A stretch of DNA of 47,990 nucleotides, taken from Chiloscyllium plagiosum. Lineage: Eukaryota. The notes under the pieces were generated by a model, which was not told where the DNA came from, did no database searches, and saw only the letters and a program-made list of their open reading frames with translations. Shown piece after piece: positions 36,188 through 47,990 of the stretch. The DNA is taken from NCBI RefSeq assembly GCF_004010195.1, contig NC_057756.1, positions 5,331,774-5,379,763 on the forward strand, given 5' to 3'. Within the stretch, counting starts at the first letter, position 1; every line of letters begins with the position of its first letter. A program made the position numbers and the translations under genes.

Positions 36188-39100
36188 GACAGCTGTCCCC
36201 TACAATGTACATAGGGCACTGCTGTCCCCTACAATGTACATAGGGACTGCTGTTCTCTATTTTATACAGAGGGACTGCTGTTCTCTATATTATACACACT
36301 GACGCATGTTCTCTACATTATACTGAGGGATAGCTGTTCTCCAGATTGTACACAGGGACTGCTGTTATATATATTATGCACAGTGACTGCTGTTCTCTAC
36401 AATAATTCCCACCTCAGGCGACTGACTGTGTGGAGTTTGCACATTCTCCCGTGTCTGTGTGGGATTCCTCTGGGTGCTCCGGTTTCCTCCCACAGTCCAA
36501 AGATGTGCAGGTCAGGTGAATTGGCCAAACTAATTTGCCCGTAGTGTTAGCTGAAGGGGTAAATGTAGGGGAATGGGTGGGTTGCGCTTCGGCGGGTCGG
36601 TGTGGACTTGTTGGGCCGAAGGGCCTGTTTCCACACTATATCTAATCTAATCTAATCTTAGACACAGAGACTGTTGTTCCCAATGTGAGACACAGCGACT
36701 GCTGTTCTATATAATAAACACAGGGATTGCTGCTCTCTTAATTAAACACAGGGATACCTGTTCTCTATATTGTACACAGTGACTCATGTTCTCTATATTG
36801 TGCACGGGGACTGCTGTTTTCTATATTATACACAGACACTGGTGTTCTCTTTATTATACACAGGGACAGCAGTTCATTTTATTATACACAGGGATTCATG
36901 TTCTGTATATTTTCCACATCTTATTCACTGGGACTGCTGATCTCCATATTAGACTCAGGGACTGTTGTCCTTTCCATTGTGCAGAGGAACTGATGCTCTC
37001 TCTATTATGCACAGGGACAGCTGTTCTCTGTATTATACACAGGGACTGCTGTTCACTGTATTATACACAGCAACTGTTGTCCCCTACAATGTACGTAGGC
37101 ACTGCTGTTCTCTGCATTGTGGGCTGGGACTGCTGTTCTCTCTGTTTTACACCGGGACTGGAGATCTCTGTACAGCCCAGATCTCTGGGCTGTTTAGTGG
37201 AATAGACACAGGTAGAGCTGTTGTTTATTTTGCACAGGGATTGCTGTTCTCTATATTACACGTAAGAACTGCTGTTCTCTATAGTGTGCAGAGGGACTGC
37301 TGTTCTCTACATCACACACAGGGACTGCTGGTCTCTACAATGCACAAAGGCTCTGCTGTTCTAGACATTGTGTACAGGGACTGCATTTCTCTACACTGCA
37401 CACTGGTTCTGCTGTTCTCCAGTGTATGCTGGACTGCTGCTGTCTAAATTATACCCAGGGACTGCTGTTCTCTACAATATATGCAAGGACTACAGTTCTC
37501 CACATTTCCACAGGAACTGTTATTTTACGCATTTTGGACACGGATTGCTGTTCTCTATATTGTACACAGGGACTGCTGTTCTCTGTATAATATAGAGAAC
37601 ACCAGTGTCTCTGTATAATATAGAGAACACCCATCTCTGTGTGTAATATAGAGAGCAGAAGTCCCTGTGCATAATATAGAAACAGCAGTTCCTGTGTCTA
37701 TCTTCGAGAACAGCAGTCCCTGTGTACAATATAGAGAACAGCAGTCCCTCTGTCTATTTTAGGGAACAGCAGTGTCTGTGCAGTATATAAAGATAAGCAG
37801 TCCCTGTGTGCAATACAGACAATAGCAGTTCATATGTATGATATAAAGAACAGCAGTGTCTATCTATAATATAGAAAACAGCAGTCCCTGTGCATAATAT
37901 AAACAACAGCAGTCCCTCTGTACAATACAGAGGACAGAACACAATATAGAGAAACACAGTCTCTGTGTACAATGTCAAGAACAGCATTCCCTGTATTTAA
38001 TCATGAGATCAGCAGTCTCGATGTATAATATAGAGAACAGCTGTCCCTGTGTCAATTTCAGAGAACTGCAGTGCCTGTCCATAATATAAAGAACAACAGT
38101 CCCTGTGTACAATATGGGGTACAGCACTCGCTGTGAACAATATGGAGAATAGCAGTCCCTGTGTATAATATAGTAAACAGAAGATGCTGTGTCTAATATA
38201 AAGAACATAAATCCCTGTGTTTTATAAAGAGAACATCCGTCCCTGCATATAATATAGAAAACACCAGTATCTGTGTATAATATAGAGAACAGCAGTACCC
38301 TTGTAAATTACAGGGAACAACAGTCCTTGTGTATAATATGGAGAAAAGCAGTCTCTGTATACATTGTCAAGAACAGCTGTTCCTGTGTTTAATAATGTGA
38401 ACAGCAGTCTGTGTATAAAATAGAAAAGAGCAGTCTCTTTGTCTATTTCAGGGAACAGCACTGCCAGTGCATAATATAAAGAACAGTAGTCCCTGTGTAT
38501 AATATTGAAAACAGCAGACGCTGTTTCTAATAAAAAGAACATGACTCCCTGTGTTTAATGAAGGGAACAGCCATCCCTGTGTATCATATAGAGAGCAGTC
38601 TGTGTAATATAGAAAACAGCAGTCCCTGTTTTCAATACTGAGAATATGAGACAGTGTGTATAATATAGAGAACTGCTTTCCCTGTGCGTAATATAGAGAG
38701 CAGCAGTCCCTGCATATAATATAAAGGACAGCAGTGCCTGTGTCAATTTTAGACAACAGCAGTGCCTGTGCACTCTATAAAAAACAGGATTCCCTGTGTA
38801 ATATACAGAGAACAGCAGTCACTGTGTATAATATAGAGACCACCAGTGTCTGTGTATAATGCAGAGAACGAGCAGTCCCTGTGTACAATATAGAGAAAAA
38901 GAGTCACTGTGTATAATGGAGAGAACAGATATCCCTGTGTGTAACATAGAGAACAGCAGTCCCTGTGTACAATCTAAGGGAGCAGCAGCACAGTCTTTAA
39001 TTTAGAGAGCAACAGTCCCTGTGTCTATTTTAGAGAACAACAGTCCCTGTGTGTAATATAGAGAACAGCAGTCCCTCTGTCTATTTTACAGAACAGCACT

Positions 39101-41153
39101 GCTTGTCCATTATATAAAGTACGGCATTCACTGTGTGCAATATAGACAACAGCAGTTCATGTGTATAATATAGAGAACAGCAGTCCCTCTGTCTAATACA
39201 GAAAACAGCAGTCCCTGTGCATAATCTGGAGAACAGCAGTCCCTCTGTATTATACAGAGAACAGCAGTCCCTGTGTTTAACAATGAGAACAGCAGTCTGT
39301 GTGTATAACATAGAAAAGAGCAGTCCCTGTGTCTATTTCAGAGAACAACAGACCTGTGCATAACATTGAGAACAGCAGGCACTGTGTATAATATTGAGAA
39401 CAACAGACACTGTGTCTAATAAAAAGAACATGATTCCCTGTGTTTAATGAAGAGAAGAGCTGTCCCTGTGTACAATATAGAGAACACCAGTGTCTGTGTA
39501 TAATATAGAAAATAGCAGTCTGTGTTTTCAATATCGAGAATGTGAGTCACTGTGTATAATATAGAGAACAGCTTTCTCTGTGTGTAATATAGCAAACAAC
39601 AGTCCCTGTGTCTATTTTTGAGAACAGCAGTGCCTGTGCACAATATAAAGAACAGGAGTCCCTTTGTAAACTATAGAGAACAGCAGTTCATATGTAATAT
39701 ATAGAGAACAGCAGTGCCTGTGTACTATATAGACAATATGAGTCACTGCGCCTAATATAGAGAACAGCTATCCATGTGCAGAATATAGAGAGCAGCAGTC
39801 CCTGTGTCTAATATAGAGGACAGTGGTCCTGTGTATAATATAGAGGACAGCTGTGCCTGTGTCAATTTTAGGGAACAGCAGTGCCTGGGTAAAATATAGG
39901 GAACAGCAGTCACTGTATACAATATAGAGAACACCAGCGTCAATGTATAATATAGAGAACAGCAGTCCCTGTGTACAAGGTAGAGAATATGAGTCAGTGC
40001 GCATAACATAGAGAACAGCTATCCCTGTCTGAATTACAGAGAGCAGCAGTCCCTGTGTCTATTTCAGAGAACAGCAGTGCCTATTCACAATAAAAGACCA
40101 GCTGACCCTATATAAAACAGAGAACAGCAGTCCATATGTATCATCCAGAGAACATTGGTCACTGTGTACATTATAGAGAAAAGCACTCTCTGTGTACAAT
40201 GTCGAGAACAGCAGTCCCTGTGCATAACATAAAGAACAGCAGATGCTGTGTCTAATATAAAGAACATGAATCCATGTGTTTAACAAAGATAACAGCCATC
40301 CATGTGTATAATATAGAGAACACCAGTGCCTGTGCATTATATAAAAAACAGCAGACCCTGTGTGCAATACAGACAACAGCAGTTCATATGTATCATATAA
40401 AGATCAGCAGTCCTTCTGTACAATACAGAGGACAGAAGACAATAAAAGAGAAACACAATCTCTGTGTACAATGTCGAGAACAGCTGTCCCTGTATTCAAT
40501 CATGAAATCAGCAGTCTTGATGTATAATATAGAGAACAGCTGTCCCTGTGTCAATTTCAGGGAACAGCAGTGCCTGTGCATAATATAAAGAACAACAGTC
40601 CCTGTGTACAATATGGAGACCAGCAGTTCCTGTGTATAATATAGAGAACAGCAGTCCCTGTGCGTAATATAGAGAGCAGCAGTCCCTGTGCGTAATATAG
40701 CGAGCAGCAGTCCCTGTGCGTAATATAGAGAGCAGCAGTCCCTGAGTCCCTGTGTCTATTTTAGAGACCAGCAGTGCCAGTGCACAATATAAAGAACAGC
40801 AATCACTGTGTAAAATATAGAGAATAGCAGTTCATATGTATAAGAAAGAGAAGAACATTCCCTGTGTCTTATTTAGAGGACAGCAGTCCATTTGTAAAAT
40901 ATAGAGAAAAGCACTCTCTGTGTACAATGTCGAGAACAGCAGTCCCTGTATATAATATAGAGAACAGCAGACGCTTTGTCGAATATAAAGAAAATGACTC
41001 CCTGTGTTTAATGAAGAAAACTTGTGTGTAATATAGGGAGTAGCAGTCTCTGTGTCTAATATAGGGAATTACAGTCACTGTGAAAAAATAGAGAATAGCT
41101 GTACCTGTGTTTAATATAGGCAACAGCAGTCCCTGTGTCTAATATAAAGAACA
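36188..41153. repeat. 28-bp tandem satellite, consensus ~CACAGGGACTGCTGTTCTCTATATTATA (satellite D); orientation flips at ~37588
   Basis: CAGCAG recurs at 40621, 40649, 40677; the reverse-complement monomer dominates after ~37590. Confidence 0.95.
36405..36658 (+). mobile_element. 5'-truncated HE1/V-SINE-like SINE
   Basis: TGTGTGGAGTTTGCACATTCTCCCCGTGTCTG core; (TCTAA)n tail. Confidence 0.9.
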
Positions 41154-41653
41154 NNNNNNNNNNNNNNNNNNNNNNNNNNNNNNNNNNNNNNNNNNNNNNN
41201 NNNNNNNNNNNNNNNNNNNNNNNNNNNNNNNNNNNNNNNNNNNNNNNNNNNNNNNNNNNNNNNNNNNNNNNNNNNNNNNNNNNNNNNNNNNNNNNNNNNN
41301 NNNNNNNNNNNNNNNNNNNNNNNNNNNNNNNNNNNNNNNNNNNNNNNNNNNNNNNNNNNNNNNNNNNNNNNNNNNNNNNNNNNNNNNNNNNNNNNNNNNN
41401 NNNNNNNNNNNNNNNNNNNNNNNNNNNNNNNNNNNNNNNNNNNNNNNNNNNNNNNNNNNNNNNNNNNNNNNNNNNNNNNNNNNNNNNNNNNNNNNNNNNN
41501 NNNNNNNNNNNNNNNNNNNNNNNNNNNNNNNNNNNNNNNNNNNNNNNNNNNNNNNNNNNNNNNNNNNNNNNNNNNNNNNNNNNNNNNNNNNNNNNNNNNN
41601 NNNNNNNNNNNNNNNNNNNNNNNNNNNNNNNNNNNNNNNNNNNNNNNNNNNNN
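41154..41653. other. Assembly gap (500 N)
   Basis: N run. Confidence 1.
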
Positions 41654-41734
41654 AGCTGCATGTCACCAGAATCCAAAGTAACTAACGAGAAGATTCAAGT
41701 TCAGGAACAAGGATGTCTTGCTGTAATTTTACAG

Positions 41735-43040
41735 TGGCCTGAGTGAGACCGTGTAAGAGCATTTTGTGCAGTTTTGGTCTCCTTACCTGAGGAATGATGT
41801 TCTGGCGATGGAGGAAGTGCAATGGTTATTTACCGGACTGATTCCTGACATGGCAGGACTGATATATGAGGAGAGAATGGATTGGTTAGGATTGCATTCA
41901 CTGGTGTTTGGAAGAATGAGAATGTTAAGAGGACCAGAGAGGATCAATGTAGGAAGGACTGCGGTGACTAAAGTTCCCGGTGTCTGAGGAGTCCAGAACC
42001 AGGGCCCACAGTCTAAGGAAATGGAGTAAACCATTTCGGAGAGAAATGAGGAGAAATATCTTCACCAAGAGAGTGGTGAGCCTATGGAATTCATTACCAC
42101 AGAAAGCAATTGAAGCTAAAACATTGCATGATTTCTGGAAGTCTGTGGTGAGTGGTGTTCCACAGGGCTCTGTCCTTGGGCCTCTACTGTTTGTAATTTT
42201 TATTAATGATTTGGATGAGGGGATTGAAGGATGGGTCAGCAAGTTTGCAGATGACACAAAGGTTGGAGGTGTCATTGACAGTATAGAGGGCTGTTGTAGG
42301 CTGCAGCGGGACATTGACAGGATGCAGAGATGGGCTGAGAGGTGGCAGATGGAGTTCAACCTAGATAAATGCGAGGAGATGCAATTTGGTTGGTCGAATT
42401 TGAAAGCTGAGTACAGGATTAAGGACAGGATTCTTGCCAGTATGGAGGAGCAGAGCGATCTTGGTGTGCAGATACATAGATCCCTTAAAATGGCCATCCA
42501 AGTGGACAGGGTTGTTAAGAAAGCATATGGTGTTTTGGCTTTCATTAACAGGAGGATTGAGTCGATAGCCAGAGACTATTTCTCAGGGCAGAAATGACTA
42601 ACACGAGGGGTCATAGTTTTAAGCTGGTTGGAGGAAAGTATAGAGGGGATGTCAGAGGCGTGTTCTTTACACAGAGAGTTGTGAGAGCATGGAATGCGTT
42701 TCCAGCAGCAGTTGTGGAGGCAGGGTCATTGGGGACATTTAAGAGACTCCTGGACATGCATATGGTCACAGACATTTGAGGGTGCATACATGAGGATCAG
42801 TGGTCGGCACAACATCGTGGGCTGAAGGGCCTGTTCTGTGCTGTTCTAAGTTCTATGTTCTATGATTTCAAGAAAGAGCTGGATACAGTATTTGGATCTA
42901 AAGGGATCAAAGGACTTGGGGTGAAAAGCTGGAAGAGACTCTTGAGTTGCATGATCAGGCATGATCATGTTAAATGGCAGAACAGACTCGAAGGGCTGAA
43001 TAGCCTACATCTGTTCCAATTTTCTATGGTTCTATGTTTA
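41735..43040 (+). mobile_element. Degraded CR1 3' region (outer element, split at 42135/42870)
   Basis: QFWSPYLRNDVLAMEEVQ, RRNIFTKRVVSLWNSLP; resumes DFKKELD after the nested insert; TTCTATGG tail. Confidence 0.85.
42136..42861 (+). mobile_element. Younger 5'-truncated CR1 nested in CR1, internal deletion at ~42563
   Basis: TSD ATGATTTC at 42128-42135 and 42862-42869; SGVPQGSVLGPLLFVIFINDLD, SKFADDTK, FFTQRVVRAWNAFP. Confidence 0.9.
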
Positions 43041-43044
43041 AGAC

Positions 43045-44752
43045 AGGTCAAGGGGTAGTGTTGAGCAAACTTGAGGGTCTAAAGGTAGACAAGTCCTCTG
43101 GTCCTGATGGAATGCATCCCAAGGTGTTGAAAGAAATGGCGAAAGTTATAGTAGAAGCATTAGTGGTAATTTACCAAAATTCACTGGACTCTGGGTAGGT
43201 CCCAGCAGACTGAAAGACAGTGAATGTCATGTCACTGTTTAAAAAAGGATATAGACAAAAGGCAAGTAACGATAGGCCAGTTCGCTTAACATCTGTGGTC
43301 AGGAAAATGCTGGAGGCTATCATTAAAGAAGAAATAGTGAGACATCTGGATGGAAAGGATTCCATCAGGCAGACACAGCATGGATTCAGGAAGGGAAGGT
43401 CGTGTTTGACAAGCTTACTAGAGTTCTTTGAGGATGTAATAAGCGTGATGGATGGAGGGGAACAGGTGGATGTTGTATACTTGGATTTCCAGAAGGCATC
43501 TGAGAAGGTGCTGCATAAAAAACTCATCCGTAAGATAAGAATGCATGGAGTTGCGGGAATGTACTGGCATGGATAGAGGACTGGTTAACCAATGGAAAGC
43601 AGAGAGTTGGGATAAATGGGTGTTTCTCTGGTTGGAGATCAATGGCAAGTGGGCCCCGCAGGGGTCTGTGTTGAGCCCGAGCTCTCCATGATATATATAA
43701 ATGATTTGGAAGAGGAGACCCAGGGTAACATATCCAAGTTTGCTGATAACACTAAATTGAGTGGAAAGGCAAACTGTGCAGAGAGTGTGGAAGGTCTGCA
43801 GTGGAATTTAGATTCATTAGGTGAGTGGGCAAGGGTCTGGCAGATGGAGTACGTTGGTAAATGTGAGGTTATCCGTTTTGGAGGTAAAAATAGTAGGTCG
43901 GAGTATTATTTAAATGGTGAAAGGTTGCAGCGTGCTGTGGTGTAGAGGGACTTAGGAATGCTCATACACGAATTGCTAGAAGTTGGTTTGCAGGTGCAAT
44001 AGGTAATCAGGAAGGCAAACAGAATTTTAGCTTTCATTGCTAGAGGGATTGAATTTAAGACCAGGGAGGGTCTGCTGCAATTGTAGCAGGTGTTGGTGAG
44101 GCCGCACCAAGAATATAATGTGCAATACTCCATTACTTCCTCCTCACTTGTGGAAGGATACACTGGCTTTGGAGGCGGTGCAGAGGGGTTCACCAGGTTG
44201 ATTCTGGAGGTGAGGGGGTTACCCTGTGAGGAGAGGTTGAGCCGCCTGGGACTGTACTCTCTAGAATTTAGAAGAGTAAGAGAGGTGCTTATAGAAACAT
44301 ATAAAATTATGAAAGGGATGGATAAGATAGAATCAGGCAAGTTGTTTCTGCTGGTGGGTGAATGAGGACGTGGGGGAATGGTCTCAAGATTAGGGGGAGT
44401 AGATCTAGGACAGAGATGAGGAAGAACTGTTTTTCTCAGAGAGTAGTGAATCCAAGGAATTCTCTGCCCAAGAAAGCAGTACAGGCAGCTTCACTAAATA
44501 TATTCAAAACACAGTTGGATGGGTTTTTGTATGGTAGGGGAATTCTGGGTTATGGGGATAATGCAGGTAGGAGAAACTGAGATGATGGATAGATCGGTCA
44601 TGATCTTAATGAATGGTTGAGCAGGCTTGACAAGAGGGCTTTTACCCAAAACACCAATTCTCCTGCTCCTCAGATGCTGCCGGACCTGCTGTGCTTTTCC
44701 AGCACCACATCCCTGACAGTCAAAAATGACCTACTCCTGTACCTATTACTGT
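43045..44752 (+). mobile_element. CR1 LINE ORF2 RT region to 3' end, degraded, with a PLE pLTR fragment at ~44633-44717
   Basis: RPVRLTSVVRKMLE, QHGFRKGRSCLTSLLEF, DVVYLDFQKA, ISKFADNTKL, FSQRVVN; several stops and frameshifts. Confidence 0.92.
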
Positions 44753-45249
44753 GAAAATCTGAATTTAACCTGTTAACCTGTGGGTCTGAACCGCTGTTGC
44801 CCAGTTTGAAGTCAGTAATGGGCAGTCAGGAATGTTCTGTCACTCCAGAAACAGGTGAATGTCGGGCTCATGAGAGAGCGCAAGTCCATTCTGAACAACC
44901 AGAGAGACAACTGAAATCATCTAAACAACACCATCTCACTTCAGGAGGGTGGATCTCACTGAGCTCCCCTGGGAATTTCACAAAAAGCACCTGCGTTTTT
45001 CTAAGGAGGTCACCGTGACAATAAAATATGAAGATGGAATGGCTGATGGATCAAGAAGAGTTGAGGGTAATCCATGAGAGGAATGGAGATCTATTAGGGA
45101 TCTACTGGGGAATTCCTGGTGTCTCACACACCTCACATGCCACAGAGCTTTTTCAGGGGGGTAATGGGGCAGAGAGGATGGGGGTGAATGGTTTCTGTGG
45201 TTCCACTGAGGGGCAGTCACTGTCACTCAGGGGCCAGCAGATGCTGGCG

Positions 45250-45990
45250 AGGGCAAATGGTGGTGTAGTGGGAATGTCACTGTCGCAGTGATCCAGATAG
45301 CCAGGATAATGCTCCAGGGACACAGTTTCAAATCCCATTCAGCAGCAGGTGGAATTTAAATTCAATTCATAAAATCTTGTCATCTAAAAGTAGTTTCTGC
45401 AACAATGACCATTACAGTGACCATAACACTGGAGGTAATGGCCAGTTGGTAGACCATTAATCCACAGACTCAGGTCATGTTGTGGGTACACATGTTTGAG
45501 TCCCGTCGTGGCAGATGGTGAAATTTGAATTCAATAAAAATCTGGAAATTAAGAAGCTAATAACCACCAAACTGTTGTTAATTGTCAGAAAAACCCATCT
45601 AGGTCACTAATGTCGTTTAGGGAAGGAGATCTGCCGTCCTTACCCAGTCTGGGCATAGATATGGCTCCAGACCCACAGCAATGTGGGTGACTCTCAGTTG
45701 CCCTCTGCGTAATTGGGGATGGGCAATAAATGCTGGTCTAGTCAGACTCACTCACATCCTCTGAATGAATTTTTAAAAATGATCAATTGTTGTGAAAACC
45801 CTTTGGTGTCAGTAATGTCCTTTGGGAAACGAAATCTGCCATCCTCACCCAGTCTGGGCCTACATGTGACTCCAGACCCACAGTAACATTAACTTAACTG
45901 CCCTCTGAAATGATCTGAGCAGGACACCCAGTTCAAGGCAACTAATGCTAATTCAGCCTGCAATGCCTACATCCCCCAAAATGAATACAA
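45250..45990 (+). mobile_element. Two nested copies of a second tRNA-like SINE family (outer ~45250-45410 + ~45780-45990; inner ~45430-45780)
   Basis: B-box-like GTTTCAAATCCC and GTTTGAGTCCC; duplicated body (AAAACCC..TAATGTC..GGGAA..ATCTGCC..CTCCAGACCCACAG) at ~45590-45680 and ~45795-45885; shared CACATCCC..ATGAAT tail. Confidence 0.7.
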
Positions 45991-46654
45991 TTTTAAATAG
46001 ATACGTTGCCTTTCAGCAGTGAGTTAAATACTGATTTGGACATTGGGGTTTCTACATCTCTCAAACAGGTTTAATATCTGAAAAGCTGTCTGACAGTGTG
46101 GCCATGCATCACTATTACACTGAAAACTGAGCTGCAGAACTCTAATAGATTCACACAGATAACCTCCTGCCTCTGAGGGCTACTAACAGAGGTAAGCACA
46201 CTCTCCACTAATTACAAAGTCAGACAGTAGGTGACTACATAATAGAAGTGTGGGAGCAATTGGAAAAGAAATTCAAAAGCAACACGAATGTTTCAAGCAT
46301 GAATGAGCAACGTGAGAGCAGCTAAATATTAGAAAGAGCTGCTGAACGTACAAGGCAGGGATTTGAAAATCTGGAAAGGTGATCGAATTGATGAGAGCCT
46401 CTATCATCCTTTCTGAATAAAGCTGCATAATAAAGATGCACTGGATACAGGCAAATATTCCACCCCAGCTAAGCATGACTGATACCCAGCCCACACAATG
46501 GAACAGACACAAAATACTACTCAGCCCAAAACTAGCCCTCATGGCCCTGCAGTTGTCTGTTTCACTGGGAGGTCATCTGGGTTTTAATAGGCACAATATC
46601 ATTCAGGTTTGCAACAGTGAGGGAAAAGAGAAAACATCAATGATTCATAAAGTC

Positions 46655-47385
46655 ATGTATGAATGTACAGCATGGAAACAGACCCTTCAGTCCAACCCGT
46701 CCACGCCGACCAGATATCCCAACCCAATCTAGTCCCACCTGCCAGCACCTGGTCCATATCCCTCCAAACCCTTCCTATTCATATACCCATCCAAATGCCT
46801 CTTAAATGTTGTAATTGTACCAGCCTCCACCACCCTCTGGGTGAAAAGGTTGCCTCTTAGGTCTCTTTTATATCTTTCCCCTCTCACCCTAAATCTATGC
46901 TCTCTAGTTCTGAAGTCCCCTTCCCCAGGGAAAAGACTTTGCCTATTTACCCTGTCCATGCCCCTCATAATTTTCTAAACCTCTATAAGGTGACCCCTCA
47001 GCCTCTGACACTCCAGGGAAAACAGCCTCAGCCTGTTCAGCCTCTCCCTGTAGCTCAAATACTCCAACCCTGGCAACATCCTTGTAAATCTTTTCTGAGC
47101 ACTTTCAAGTTTCATAACATCTTTCCGATAGGAAGGAGACCAGAATTGCACGCAACATTCCAACAGTAGTCTAACCAATGTCCTGTACAGCGGCAACATG
47201 ACCTCCCTACTCCTGTACTCAATACTCTGACCAATAAAGGAAAGCATTCCAAACACCTTCTTCACTATCCTATCTACCTGCGACTCCACTTTCAAGGAGC
47301 TATGAACCTGCACTCCAAGGTCTCTTTGTTCAGCAACATTCCCCAGGACCTTACCTTTAAGTGTAAAAGTCCTGCTAAGATTTAT
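46655..47385 (-). mobile_element. CR1 LINE 3' portion
   Basis: SLKVESQVDRIVKKVFGMLSFIGQSIEYRS..CCVQFWSPSYRKD; LRGNLFTQRVV; 3' UTR as at 16335-16445. Confidence 0.92.
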
Positions 47386-47504
47386 GGATTGAATTATCCA
47401 AAGGATAACAGGAAGGAGGATTTGACGGTCATTTTGACAAACTCAGAAAACCTGTACATAGAAAACAAATTTACCTTAACAAACGTACAACATAAATGAG
47501 GCAT

Positions 47505-47710
47505 ATTAAAGAACAAGTGGGCAAAAATTTGGCAAATGGAACATAATGTGGGAAAATATGAGAATATATTGTGTGACAGAAGGAATAGAGGAGCTGAATA
47601 TTATTTAAAATGGCAATAGACTGCAGAAAGTGACAGAGCCCAGGAGTAGGGAGACCTTGTCCATGTAACATTAATTCAGTGGGTCTTTATTTCAAAGGGA
47701 GTATGGAATT
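47505..47710 (+). mobile_element. Old CR1 RT fragment
   Basis: KWAKIWQMEHNVGKYE, YYLKWQ.LQK. Confidence 0.7.
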
Positions 47711-47990
47711 AGAAACAGGTTTTATTGTCATGAATTCTCAGGTTCAGGGATACAAGGTTTCACTGAAACGTTTACAATGTCACCATCCACGGTGCCATCT
47801 TAAGGAGAAAATACCCAACCACAAAATTGTAGGTTAAAAAGTCGATAAAAAAAGAAATAAGTGAAATGACCAACATTACAGCTCCTCTTTGGCCATGGGC
47901 CGGAAGACATCCCACACAGGGCCGACCACACGAGAGCTCGATCTGTCACCACGGCCCCCCACACTGAGCTCACTCCCCCCTCCCCCCCCC

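Noticed and set aside
36188..41153. Array of steroid response elements (AGAACAgcaGTCCCT)
   Set aside because: Only one good half-site; the second half is out of register with AGAACAnnnTGTTCT
44760..46650. Possible host exons in the non-satellite stretch
   Set aside because: Short ORFs with no recognisable homology; partly SINE-derived; no supportable splice structure

Overview
Eukaryotic, essentially gene-free repeat DNA, most consistent with a cartilaginous fish (shark). This is inferred from the HE1/V-SINE-like SINEs, CR1 LINEs and Penelope-like elements (PLEs), not from a search. Four tandem-repeat families follow one another: a 31-bp satellite (1-3894), a degenerate 12-bp minisatellite (4395-23071), a ~73-bp satellite (23572-33524) and a 28-bp satellite (~36188-41153). 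A CR1/SINE-rich tail follows, and there are four N gaps. No intact host gene is supported. The long ORFs in the track are satellite read-throughs or broken RT/GIY-YIG remnants. The main signal is a PLE system: one degraded Neptune-type RT+GIY-YIG element plus about 15 short pLTR derivatives carrying minimal hammerhead ribozyme cores of at least three sequence types. Many of these are fold-back (inverted) structures with 12-17 bp target duplications. Seven of nine PLE insertions in the 73-bp satellite fall at the same position of the monomer (...TTATTA^GCCGAG...). That monomer itself looks built from the CR1 3' tail. Also seen: a 506-bp solo LTR whose empty site is present in the same array, chimeric insertions carrying captured sequence, and internal satellite inversions.
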